A DNA stretch of 59,370 nucleotides, the filler included. It is 3 parts of 3 records of this genome, joined end to end, with 100 filler letters (N's around TTAATTAATTAA, not from the genome) between each part and the next. Parts side by side here need not be neighbours in the genome. Positions count along the whole stretch, not along the records: positions 27,973 to 44,561 come from SRR31156797_5400; positions 44,662 to 59,370 come from SRR31156797_5409; 1 more part is not named here. The stretch is one strand, 5' to 3'. Below are positions 38,850-47,730 of this stretch, one piece after another; position 1 is the first letter of the stretch; the number at the start of each line of letters is the position of its first letter. The notes below the pieces were generated by a model. That model made no database searches and had not been told where the DNA came from. It saw only the letters and a list, made by a program, of their open reading frames with translations. Made by a program: the position numbers and the translations under genes.

Positions 38850-39410
38850 TCATGTATTTACATCTTTATTACTTGTATCAACTATACTATAACAGTAATT
38901 CATCTTATCATAAAATAGTCCTATTCTTGGCGGATAGAATGTAAAGACTGTATAAACTATAACTAATAGTACTAATAATGCAATTGCTGTCATATTATTC
39001 TTTGAAAAATCTATTTCAGCTATTGTCATCTGATATGCAAAAATCATACCAATAAGTATAGTTAACACAGTAACAACAATACCATAAGCAACAGAAATTT
39101 TTAATTTAAAACCGACATATATATAATGTATAATAAGCATTGCAGCAGGCATAATTATTAATGCTAGTGAATGCGCAAAGAAATAATTGCCAAAATTTCT
39201 GCCTATAATAAGATATTCAGCTAAAAACAATATAACAGCTGGTATATAGAATAGCTTACTGTGTTCCCAAGGGCTTTCATTTACAGGAAACATTGCAGCT
39301 ATCCAATTCTTTGGAAATCGATCATAAACTCCATGCGCAACACAGGCAAGCCCTGTAAATGCAAAAATACCAACTATATGTGAAATTAATAATATTATAT
39401 TTTGTTTCAT
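38850..39410 (-). CDS. DUF6512-like membrane protein, copy 2
   Basis: Paralog of 38154-38690 (FPVNESPWEHSKLFYIPA, FTFYPP). Confidence 0.75.
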   Translation of the reverse strand: MKQNIILLISHIVGIFAFTGLACVAHGVYDRFPKNWIAAMFPVNESPWEHSKLFYIPAVILFLAEYLIIGRNFGNYFFAHSLALIIMPAAMLIIHYIYVGFKLKISVAYGIVVTVLTILIGMIFAYQMTIAEIDFSKNNMTAIALLVLLVIVYTVFTFYPPRIGLFYDKMNYCYSIVDTSNKDVNT

Positions 39411-39559
39411 TTCTATCTCCTGCTGAATATTTTTTCATTATTTGGTATACTAAAATACAAAATACTAGTATTTATAGATAGTTAAATCCATTTAACATGT
39501 ATTGTATCACAATATGGAAATCATTACATGTAAAAAAGCTGAATATTGTAAAAAAGATA

Positions 39560-39609
39560 TTGACATATGCCCGTAACTGTGTATAATTGTGATTAAGGAC
39601 ATATGTCAA
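39560..39609 (+). promoter_or_regulatory. Consensus promoter carrying two operator copies
   Basis: TTGACA-16-TATAAT; TTGACATATGCC on the -35 and GGACATATGTCAA (39597-39609) just after +1. Confidence 0.75.
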
Positions 39610-39630
39610 AAACTATAAGGAGGGCTGAAT

Positions 39631-39897
39631 ATGCCAAGAAGAGATGGTACTGGACCAGCAGGATGTGGTCCAATGACTGGCAAAGGAAATGGTGTCTGCT
39701 ACTCAGCAGATGTAGAATATTATCATAGAGGAAGAGGCTATGGTATGGGCGGAAGAAGATGCTGCCAAAGCACACAGGCTCCATTTTTTGCAAAACGTGA
39801 ACTATCACCTGATGAGAAAAAAGAAATGCTGACTAAGCAAAGAGAATTCTTACAGGAAGAAATCAACAACATCAATAGCACTTTGGACGAATTATAA
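39631..39897 (+). CDS. DUF5320 family protein
   Basis: MPRRDGTGPAG.GPMTG.G.G.C N-terminus, Gly/Arg-rich middle and C-terminal coiled coil. Confidence 0.85.
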   Translation: MPRRDGTGPAGCGPMTGKGNGVCYSADVEYYHRGRGYGMGGRRCCQSTQAPFFAKRELSPDEKKEMLTKQREFLQEEINNINSTLDEL

Positions 39898-39969
39898 AAT
39901 CGACAATCAAGCAGCCTGAGTATTTTCGGGCTGCTATAAAATAAATATATCTATATAGGAGAAATAATA

Positions 39970-40332
39970 ATGAAAATAATAATACCTTCAAATGGTAATG
40001 AAATATCAAGTAATATCTGTACAACTTTCGGCAGAGCAGTTAACTTTCTATTAGTTGATAGCGAAACGCTGGATACTCAGGTAATAAAAAATGAACAAAA
40101 CATGCAGTCCACACAAGGTGCAGGTATCCAATCAGCACAATTGGTAACAAAATCAGGTGCAGATACCCTTATCACTCTCAACTGCGGACCAAAAGCTTAT
40201 CGAGTACTTGCAGCGTCAGGTATCAAAGTCTACAAAGGAGAAGCGTGCTCAATAGCAGATAACATAAACAAGCTAAAGGACGGCACGCTGGATACAATGT
40301 CTGACTCAAATGTAGAAGGTCACTGGGTATAA
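39970..40332 (+). CDS. NifB/NifX-family (COG1433) metallocluster-binding protein
   Basis: MKIIIP, FGRA..F, GAGIQSAQ and CGPKA motifs. Confidence 0.9.
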   Translation: MKIIIPSNGNEISSNICTTFGRAVNFLLVDSETLDTQVIKNEQNMQSTQGAGIQSAQLVTKSGADTLITLNCGPKAYRVLAASGIKVYKGEACSIADNINKLKDGTLDTMSDSNVEGHWV

Positions 40333-40453
40333 TGAAAGCTTTACTTAAATACAATCATTGTACTAAGTGTTGGGCACTAAGTACATTTTGGCAAACAGAA
40401 GATGATAAACTGCATTCTTCACAGAAAATAAAAACAATTATTGGGGGTAGCAG

Positions 40454-41290
40454 ATGATAATAGCAATAGCCTCCGGTAAAGGTGGCACTGGCAAGACTAC
40501 CCTTTCGGTAGCAATGTCATTAGCAGTAAATGACAATATAAGACTTCTTGACTGTGATGTTGAGGAGCCAAATGTACATATATTTTTAAATGCAGAGAAT
40601 GCCGAAACAGAAAATGTTTATGTTCCAATACCAGATATTGATGTAGAAAAATGCATTGTATGCGGTAAGTGCGCCAACATATGTGAATATAATGCACTTG
40701 CCCATCTACAAGATGAAATTATGATATTTAAGGACCTATGCCACAGTTGCGGTGGATGTGCATTGACATGTCCAGTAAATGCAATTACTGAGATAAACAG
40801 CTCTATCGGAACTATTTCCAAAGCTAAATATAATAATATCTCACTAATTCAGGGCAAACTGCAGATATCATTGCCAATGTCTCCTCCGTTAATCAGAGCA
40901 GTGAAAAGTAATATAAGTGACGATATACTCAATATAATTGACTGCCCGCCGGGAACATCATGTCCATTTATTACCGCTGTTAGTGGGGCTGATTATGTAA
41001 TCCTAGTTACAGAAGATACTCCGTTTGGACTTCATGATTTAAAACTTTCTGTAGAAACAATAAAGGATATGAAAATACCTTTTAGTGTTGTAATAAATAG
41101 GATAAATGAGAGCTACAATGAACTTGATCAATACTGCGAAAATGAAAAAATAGATGTTCTTCTTAGAATACCAGAAAGTATGAAAGTATCACAAGCATAT
41201 TCAAATGGAGGTAATCTCCTTGACGCTATGCCTGAATTGGGCATCAAACTAAGAGGTATTATTAAGGATATTAAGGAGAGCTGTCTATGA
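40454..41290 (+). CDS. MinD/CobQ-like P-loop ATPase with inserted 2x[4Fe-4S] ferredoxin (COG1149), copy 1
   Basis: SGKGGTGKT, DCDVEEPN, CIVCGKCANIC, CHSCGGCALTC and DCPPGTSC motifs. Confidence 0.9.
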   Translation: MIIAIASGKGGTGKTTLSVAMSLAVNDNIRLLDCDVEEPNVHIFLNAENAETENVYVPIPDIDVEKCIVCGKCANICEYNALAHLQDEIMIFKDLCHSCGGCALTCPVNAITEINSSIGTISKAKYNNISLIQGKLQISLPMSPPLIRAVKSNISDDILNIIDCPPGTSCPFITAVSGADYVILVTEDTPFGLHDLKLSVETIKDMKIPFSVVINRINESYNELDQYCENEKIDVLLRIPESMKVSQAYSNGGNLLDAMPELGIKLRGIIKDIKESCL

Positions 41291-42156
41291 AAGAGATTCT
41301 AATATTAAGCGGAAAAGGCGGCACAGGAAAAACCAGTATTACTGCAGCTATTGCCTCCTTAGCAGAGAATTCAGTACTAGTTGACTGCGATGTAGATGCA
41401 GCTGACTTGCACCTTGTTTTATCCCCCCAAATCATGAAAGCTAATGATTTTATATCTGGAAATGAAGCATCTATCAAAACTGATATCTGTATACAATGCG
41501 GTAAATGCAGTAAGCTCTGTAGATTCGATGCTATTAAAATTAACAATAATGAATATATGGTTGATTCATTATTATGTGAAGGCTGTGGCGTATGTACATG
41601 GAACTGCCCAGTGGGAGCAATTGACTTTGAAGAAAAATCATGCGGCTCTTACTATGTTTCCAGTACAAGATTCGGCACAATGGTTCATGCAAAGCTAAAC
41701 ATAGGTGCTGAGAATTCTGGTAAGCTGGTCAGCATTGTCAGACAAAGTGCCCGCTCAATTGCTGCTGAAAATGATAACGATTATATTATAATTGATGGAC
41801 CTCCAGGGATTGGCTGTCCCGTTATCGCATCCATGACCGGATGTGATGCTATATTAGTCGTCACTGAACCAACACTAACTGGTCTGCACGATATGGAGAG
41901 AGTTATAGAATTAACAAAGCATTTCGGCATAAATACATATGCCTGTATTAATAAATCCGATATCAATGACGAGATTGCCAAAAAAATTAAGGATAGACTG
42001 ATAAACATCGACATCCCATTAATCGGAGAAATACCATATGACAGGAAATTTACAGAATCACAAATAAACATGAAATCTATCATTGAATATACAAAGAATA
42101 GTACTACAGAAATGATTAAAAAAATGTGGGCTGAACTTATTAAAAATATTAATTAA
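41287..42156 (+). CDS. MinD/CobQ-like P-loop ATPase with inserted 2x[4Fe-4S] ferredoxin (COG1149), copy 2
   Basis: SGKGGTGKT, DCDVDAADL, CIQCGKCSKLC, CEGCGVCTWNC and DGPPGIGCP motifs. Confidence 0.9.
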   Translation: MKEILILSGKGGTGKTSITAAIASLAENSVLVDCDVDAADLHLVLSPQIMKANDFISGNEASIKTDICIQCGKCSKLCRFDAIKINNNEYMVDSLLCEGCGVCTWNCPVGAIDFEEKSCGSYYVSSTRFGTMVHAKLNIGAENSGKLVSIVRQSARSIAAENDNDYIIIDGPPGIGCPVIASMTGCDAILVVTEPTLTGLHDMERVIELTKHFGINTYACINKSDINDEIAKKIKDRLINIDIPLIGEIPYDRKFTESQINMKSIIEYTKNSTTEMIKKMWAELIKNIN

Positions 42157-42173
42157 CTATAAAGGAGTTTATA

Positions 42174-42512
42174 ATGAAAATAGCAATACCTACAGCTGAT
42201 GACAAGCTATGTCTGCACTTTGGACACTGTAATGTGTTCTACGTTTTTGATGTAGATGACAACACAAAAGCAATAAGTGAACCTAACAAGATGACACCTC
42301 CTCCCCATGAACCAGGTGTTCTTCCCAAATGGCTAAATGACAACAATGTCAATCTAGTTATAGCGGGTGGCATAGGACAAGGAGCGCAGAGACTCTTGGC
42401 ACAAAGTAACATTGAAGTTATTATGGGAGCTCCTGTTGATATACCTAAATCATTGGTAGAGAGCTACATAAACGGTACACTAGTATCAGGTGCTAATGCA
42501 TGTGACCATTAA
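42174..42512 (+). CDS. NifB/NifX-family (COG1433) protein
   Basis: MKIAIP, HFGHC, PPHEPG, GGIG and C-terminal NACDH. Confidence 0.9.
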   Translation: MKIAIPTADDKLCLHFGHCNVFYVFDVDDNTKAISEPNKMTPPPHEPGVLPKWLNDNNVNLVIAGGIGQGAQRLLAQSNIEVIMGAPVDIPKSLVESYINGTLVSGANACDH

Positions 42513-42533
42513 CATGGAACAATATTAATACTG

Positions 42534-42573
42534 AATAAACTGCAGGCTTTTCTACAAAAGTATGCAGTTTATT
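42534..42573 (+). terminator. Terminator of the DUF5320 operon
   Basis: AATAAACTGCAggCTTTT-ctac-AAAAGtaTGCAGTTTATT. Confidence 0.75.
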
Positions 42574-43127
42574 TATATTATACAATAATTCCCAATTACG
42601 CTTAGCTGTCTCTTAATTAAGAGCTTAACCAGTCATTAATATATCAAATATCTCATCAGTATAAATGTTATAAAACTTCAAGCATAATTTATTACTATTT
42701 TTATTCATACTTTGTATAAAAAGATTTTTGAGGAGTCAATACAAATTTCCAGCAGCAATACACCATATACCTTTTTAACATACTTCTAATACCAGCGAAG
42801 TCAAGCTTTCTGTTCAATTATAATATATTAATTATAAATGCAACTCACACATATATAGCACAATTATTGTTCATCGATTAATGCCATAATGTGAATTTAA
42901 AACGAGAATTGTATCTCTTATTGTAAATACAATACGAACATTTCACATCATATTCTAAAACTATGGTAAAATGCTAATACTATCAGGTTGGTATAGAGTT
43001 ATTAAAAAAGTAAGCTTCTATCAGCATAATCATTTTTTGTATAATAACTAATTATAGTAAGTTAATGGACTATCACAGATTAAATAATTATTAGTGTAGA
43101 CTTAGGATAAATAAAAAGGAGATTTAA

Positions 43128-44357
43128 ATGCAAACTAAACAGCAATTATTGAAATTTGTTGAATGGATAAAAAGCAATATAAGATGGTTATACATAGTTT
43201 TAGGCATTATTATAATGATGTTTTTAGGGACTGTTTATTCCTACAGTGTATTCAGGCTGTCACTTGAACAAAAATTCCAGATAGGCTCAGCTCAAAGTGG
43301 TATACCATATATGATTGCATTAGCATCATATGCAATATTTATGTTTTTAGCTGGAAAACACCTAGAAAAGTTTAAACCCAGAATAGTAATCTTTGCAGGA
43401 GGATTACTCGTTTCGTTAGGTTGGATTCTATCATCTTTTACCAATAATATAATCATTTTAACCTTAACATACGGTTGTATAAGTGGTGCAGGTGTTGGGA
43501 TTGCTTATGGTGTTCCTATGTCAGTAGTTGCAAAATGGTTTCCTGAAAAGAAAGGTTTAGCTGTTGGCTTTGTCTTAATAGGCTTCGGTCTTTCTCCATT
43601 AATAACTGCACCTGTTGCCAGATCACTTGTAGAAAACTATGGAGTGATGAAAGCTTTCTTAATACTCGGTATTAGCTTTGCTATAGTTCTACCATTCTTA
43701 TCAGCTCCATTTAAATATCCAAAAGCATCAGATACTACTAAATATGAAGCCAACAATATTAATACAAGCTTTTCATCCGATATATCTTTGCATGAAATGA
43801 TAAAAACCAAAAGCTTTATAGGCGTATATCTTAATTTTATTATTGGAACTATGATAGGATTAATGATGATTGGAATGACTACCAGCGTAGGTGTAGAATT
43901 AATCGGACTTGCACCAACAAGTGTGACAGGACTGATGGTCATTTTTGCTATCTTCAATGGACTTGGCAGACCTACATTTGGATGGCTGACTGACCGATTT
44001 TCATCAAAGAAGGCTATGATTCTCTCATATGCACTTATTTCACTATCTGCTATTCTACTGATTGCATTTGGAAACAACAACATAATCGTATACATTATCT
44101 CATTTTCAATATTTTGGTTTAATCTCGGAGGATGGCTTGCAATTGCTCCAGCATCAACTATAAGGTTCTATGGTTTAAAAAACTATAGCCAAAATTATGG
44201 TTTGATTTTCACAGCATATGGTATTGGTGCTATTATCGGTGTTTCAACATCAGGATTATTATTAGATTATCTGGGGAGTTATCAATATATTTTTTATTAT
44301 ATTATTGTACTATGTTTACTAGGTATAATTATTACAAACAAGTATTTAAGGACATGA
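43128..44357 (+). CDS. MFS transporter, OFA/L-lactate family
   Basis: GTVYSYSVF, KWFPEKKGLA.G, NGLGR..FGWLTDR and YG.KNYSQNYG motifs; 12 TMs. Confidence 0.9.
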   Translation: MQTKQQLLKFVEWIKSNIRWLYIVLGIIIMMFLGTVYSYSVFRLSLEQKFQIGSAQSGIPYMIALASYAIFMFLAGKHLEKFKPRIVIFAGGLLVSLGWILSSFTNNIIILTLTYGCISGAGVGIAYGVPMSVVAKWFPEKKGLAVGFVLIGFGLSPLITAPVARSLVENYGVMKAFLILGISFAIVLPFLSAPFKYPKASDTTKYEANNINTSFSSDISLHEMIKTKSFIGVYLNFIIGTMIGLMMIGMTTSVGVELIGLAPTSVTGLMVIFAIFNGLGRPTFGWLTDRFSSKKAMILSYALISLSAILLIAFGNNNIIVYIISFSIFWFNLGGWLAIAPASTIRFYGLKNYSQNYGLIFTAYGIGAIIGVSTSGLLLDYLGSYQYIFYYIIVLCLLGIIITNKYLRT

Positions 44358-44411
44358 ACAGGAGTTGTTGTGTCATACTTCTAAATTTTAAAAATATCTT
44401 AAAACAGTAAA

Positions 44412-44446
44412 AAGAACTAATTGACATCCAAAATCAGTTAGTTCTT
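44412..44446. terminator. Hairpin after the MFS gene
   Basis: AAGAACTAAtTGA...TCAgTTAGTTCTT. Confidence 0.6.
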
Positions 44447-44531
44447 AATATATAACAACAGTCTGCACTCTTAAATCAAACATTACTGTAATTTCAAAAT
44501 GACAGCTACAAGATAAGTAACTGTCATTTAT

Positions 44532-44561
44532 TGGCGGAGAGATAGGGATTCGAACCCTAGA
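44532..44561 (-). tRNA. tRNA 3' fragment, probably tRNA-Ser
   Basis: Minus strand reads TCTAGGGTTCGAATCCCTATCTCTCCGCCA: T-arm plus CTCTCC-G-CCA acceptor typical of Ser. The anticodon is cut off. A downstream hairpin lies at 44497-44529. Confidence 0.8.
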
Positions 44562-44661
44562 NNNNNNNNNNNNNNNNNNNNNNNNNNNNNNNNNNNNNNN
44601 NNNNNTTAATTAATTAANNNNNNNNNNNNNNNNNNNNNNNNNNNNNNNNNNNNNNNNNNNN
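44562..44661. other. Artificial contig spacer
   Basis: N44-TTAATTAATTAA-N44, identical to the first spacer. Confidence 0.98.
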
Positions 44662-44662
44662 G

Positions 44663-45370
44663 ATAGGGAATATTGCCCATCAATGGAGACAGCCATTATC
44701 AGTGATATCTACAGCATCTTCAGGGATGAAAGTAAAAAAAGAGTGTGATATCTTAAAAGATGAAGAGTTTTATAAGGCGTGTGAAGTGATCGATATCAAT
44801 ACACAATATCTTTCACGTACGATTGATGATTTTAGAAACTTTATCAAAGATGAAAGGGTGAAAAAACAATTTAATCTCAAAGAGAATATTGACAACTTCA
44901 TCCATTTAGTGGAGAGTAATATCCATGTATATAAAATAGATGTTGTTATTGATATCGATCCAAAGATCAGTTTGTATGGCTATCCAAATGAACTACATCA
45001 ATGCTTTATCAATATTTTTAATAATGCAATAGATGCATTAAAGTTAAATGGTATAGAGAATAAAGTGGTATTTATATTAGCTCAAATTGTGGATAAAGAG
45101 TTTGTAGTAATTACGATCAAAGATAATGGAGGTGGAATCCCAGAGGGTATTATTTCAAAGGTGTTTGAACCTTATTTTACAACAAAACATCAGTCTCAAG
45201 GTACAGGTTTGGGACTTCATATGACTAATAATTTAATAGTAAATGGAATGGGTGGTAATTTAGAGATCAATAATGAGGAGTTTACATATGAAGGGCAAAA
45301 ATATATAGGTGCTAATTTTAGGATTACACTTAAGCTTAATGATAATGAGGAAATAACAAATGGCGAATAA
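44663..45370 (+). CDS. Sensor histidine kinase (5'-truncated)
   Basis: The frame is open from the contig edge: IGNIAHQWRQPL (Campylobacterota-type H-box), TIDDFRNF, DNGGGI, PYFTTK, GTGLGL. Confidence 0.92.
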   Translation: MGNIAHQWRQPLSVISTASSGMKVKKECDILKDEEFYKACEVIDINTQYLSRTIDDFRNFIKDERVKKQFNLKENIDNFIHLVESNIHVYKIDVVIDIDPKISLYGYPNELHQCFINIFNNAIDALKLNGIENKVVFILAQIVDKEFVVITIKDNGGGIPEGIISKVFEPYFTTKHQSQGTGLGLHMTNNLIVNGMGGNLEINNEEFTYEGQKYIGANFRITLKLNDNEEITNGE

Positions 45371-46283
45371 AAGAACAATTGGTATGTGGCTTTACCAAAA
45401 TGGTGGTGGGGATAAGATTCAAGAAAAGATGATCAAAAAACTTCAAGATCGAAATATTGAAACAATCCCTTATTTAAATCTTCGTAATGCTATTGCAAAA
45501 AATGGACATATTATTTGTCAAAGTGATGGATGTACTAAAAAGTATAAGCTTGATAAGCTTGATCTTTTCTTCTCATATAATGCGGGGGAGCAAACTCAGT
45601 ACCAAATGTACCTTTATCAAGCTCTCAATCGTGTGATTCCTATGATCAATTCTTATGATGGATTTGCATTGACTGAGGATAAGTTTCACACTTCATTTGT
45701 CTTAAGAAAAAATGGGATACAAACAGCTGATTATAAACTTTGTCATAGAGATGATGATCATCAGCTTAAAAAAATCATTAAAAAATGGGATAAAATGGTA
45801 TATAAACCAACTGATGGTTGGGGTGGTGTAGGTCTAACAAAGATCGAAAATGAGTCGACACTTGATGTACTTTTACCATTTTTAAATCAGATGGATCTAC
45901 GATATTTTTATGTGGAGAAGTTTATAAACTATGACAATACAGATTATAGAATAGATGTGGTTGATGGAGAGTTTGTGGGATGTTATGGAAGAAAAGCTGG
46001 TGGAACTGATTGGAGAACCAATGTGACAAGCGGTGGAAGTGTATTTATGCGTGAGCCAAACGATGAAGTAGTAGATATCGCAATCAAAGCAGCTAAAGCT
46101 TGTAATGTAGATATTGCAGGGGTAGATATTATATATGACAAAGATAAGGAGGAATATATTGTACTTGAAGTAAACGGAATACCAGCATTTGCAACACCAG
46201 AACAAGAAGAGTTAGGATTAGATTTTAATGATAGAAAGATAGATCTTATTGTAGATCTTATCGATAGAAAAACAGCAAAATAA
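45360..46283 (+). CDS. RimK-like ATP-grasp ligase A
   Basis: EDK, KPTDGWGGVG, DYR, WRTNVTSGG, GVD and LEVNGIPAF motifs. Confidence 0.88.
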   Translation: MANKRTIGMWLYQNGGGDKIQEKMIKKLQDRNIETIPYLNLRNAIAKNGHIICQSDGCTKKYKLDKLDLFFSYNAGEQTQYQMYLYQALNRVIPMINSYDGFALTEDKFHTSFVLRKNGIQTADYKLCHRDDDHQLKKIIKKWDKMVYKPTDGWGGVGLTKIENESTLDVLLPFLNQMDLRYFYVEKFINYDNTDYRIDVVDGEFVGCYGRKAGGTDWRTNVTSGGSVFMREPNDEVVDIAIKAAKACNVDIAGVDIIYDKDKEEYIVLEVNGIPAFATPEQEELGLDFNDRKIDLIVDLIDRKTAK

Positions 46284-46297
46284 AAAGGGAAAGAAAA

Positions 46298-47725
46298 ATG
46301 GGGAAAACAAACAAAAAGCTGCCAAAACTAGGTTTTTTATATCTTGATCATGTATTAAGATTTTTTGATCATTCAAACTTTAAAGGATGGCCAAATAAAA
46401 TTGAAACAGTTACTTACCACTGGGGAAAAGATAAAAATAGATTTATTAAAGAGGTAAAAAGAAAAAAGATCGATGTTTTAATTGGAAATATTCCTGCAAC
46501 TGCATATGAAACTTTTAGAGAGATTGCAAGAGAATTACCTCATGTACGGTTTATCCCATCTTTAGATACACAATTCTCAAATAAATCAAAAGAGAATGTG
46601 ACAAGATTTGCTTGGAAATATGGATTGCCGATTCCAAAGACCTATATTTTTTATAATAGAGAAAAAGGGGAGAAGTTTTTAGAAACTACACAATACCCTA
46701 AGATCGTAAAAAAATCGTATGGCCCATCAAACTATGGTGGATACTTTGTTCATAAAGTTGATTCACAAAGTGAAGCAAAAGCTTTATTTAAAGAGAAAAA
46801 ATACCATCCAATGTATATGCAAGATTTTGTTCCTATGGAAGCTGATATTAGAGTGATGCTCATTGGACACAAACCTGTTTGTGCTTTTTGGAGAAGACCA
46901 CCTCAAGGTGCATGGCTTACAAATACAAGTCAAGGTGGAACAATGGATTATATGGATGTACCAAAATCTGTTCTTGATCTTGCTGTAAAAGTAAGTAAAG
47001 CTGCAAAAGCTGAATACTGGGCGTGTGATGTGGCATATGGAAAAGATGGAAAAGTAAGAATCTTAGAGTGTGCTACAGCATTTGCAGCATTTCCTTATAT
47101 TAGAGACTGGATCGGTCAATATATTATGTGGAGTTTAAGTGGTGGACAATTTAGAAAGCCGCATATTCCTATGTTTAACTGGGAAGAACTTAGTAAGATA
47201 GATAGTTCACTTTTAAGAACTATGAGACATATCACTTTTGGAAACTACTCTCCAAGTTATGATGGGGCGTATTTTGGTAAGAAGAAAAAAGTATACGGTG
47301 ATGAGAAAGTATATTTGCACCAATTAGATGAAACTTATCCGATGTTTGATGTAAAAAGAAGATGGGGAGAAGAGTGGCCAAGTGAAAAATGGAACTATCA
47401 AGATAGATTTGCTCTGAAAAATTTAAAATCAATGAAAGTGAATGGAGACAATGGTGATATGCCAGATCCAAATGGGGAAGATATGGAATCACTCTCAACA
47501 ACTCCAAAGCTTAACCATGAAGAGCTAAAAGAGGTACTTACTTCAGTAAAAGGTGTTGGTGAGAAAAAATTCAATAAGATCATGGATGAGATGGGAGAGG
47601 TTGAAGAGGTAGTTGGAGTCTTAGAACAAAGCCCATCGATCCTTTTAAATATAAAAGGATTCACAAAGTCTTTAATTGAAAAGATTGACAGTGCATGGAA
47701 AAACTTTAAGGAATCAAATAAATAG
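46298..47725 (+). CDS. Divergent RimK-like ATP-grasp protein B with C-terminal HhH-like module
   Basis: PIPKT, YPKIVK, QDFV..DIRV, WLTNTSQGG, ACD and LECA; tail LTSVKGVGEKK...LLNIKGFTKS. Confidence 0.8.
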   Translation: MGKTNKKLPKLGFLYLDHVLRFFDHSNFKGWPNKIETVTYHWGKDKNRFIKEVKRKKIDVLIGNIPATAYETFREIARELPHVRFIPSLDTQFSNKSKENVTRFAWKYGLPIPKTYIFYNREKGEKFLETTQYPKIVKKSYGPSNYGGYFVHKVDSQSEAKALFKEKKYHPMYMQDFVPMEADIRVMLIGHKPVCAFWRRPPQGAWLTNTSQGGTMDYMDVPKSVLDLAVKVSKAAKAEYWACDVAYGKDGKVRILECATAFAAFPYIRDWIGQYIMWSLSGGQFRKPHIPMFNWEELSKIDSSLLRTMRHITFGNYSPSYDGAYFGKKKKVYGDEKVYLHQLDETYPMFDVKRRWGEEWPSEKWNYQDRFALKNLKSMKVNGDNGDMPDPNGEDMESLSTTPKLNHEELKEVLTSVKGVGEKKFNKIMDEMGEVEEVVGVLEQSPSILLNIKGFTKSLIEKIDSAWKNFKESNK

Positions 47726-47730
47726 GATAG

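Noticed and set aside
39970-42512. Nitrogen fixation genes
   Set aside because: Only NifB/NifX-like small domains and COG1149 ATPases; no nifHDK, nifEN or radical-SAM NifB.
44532-44561. tRNA fragment as an att site of an island
   Set aside because: It is truncated by the contig end, and no integrase or second copy is seen in the window.
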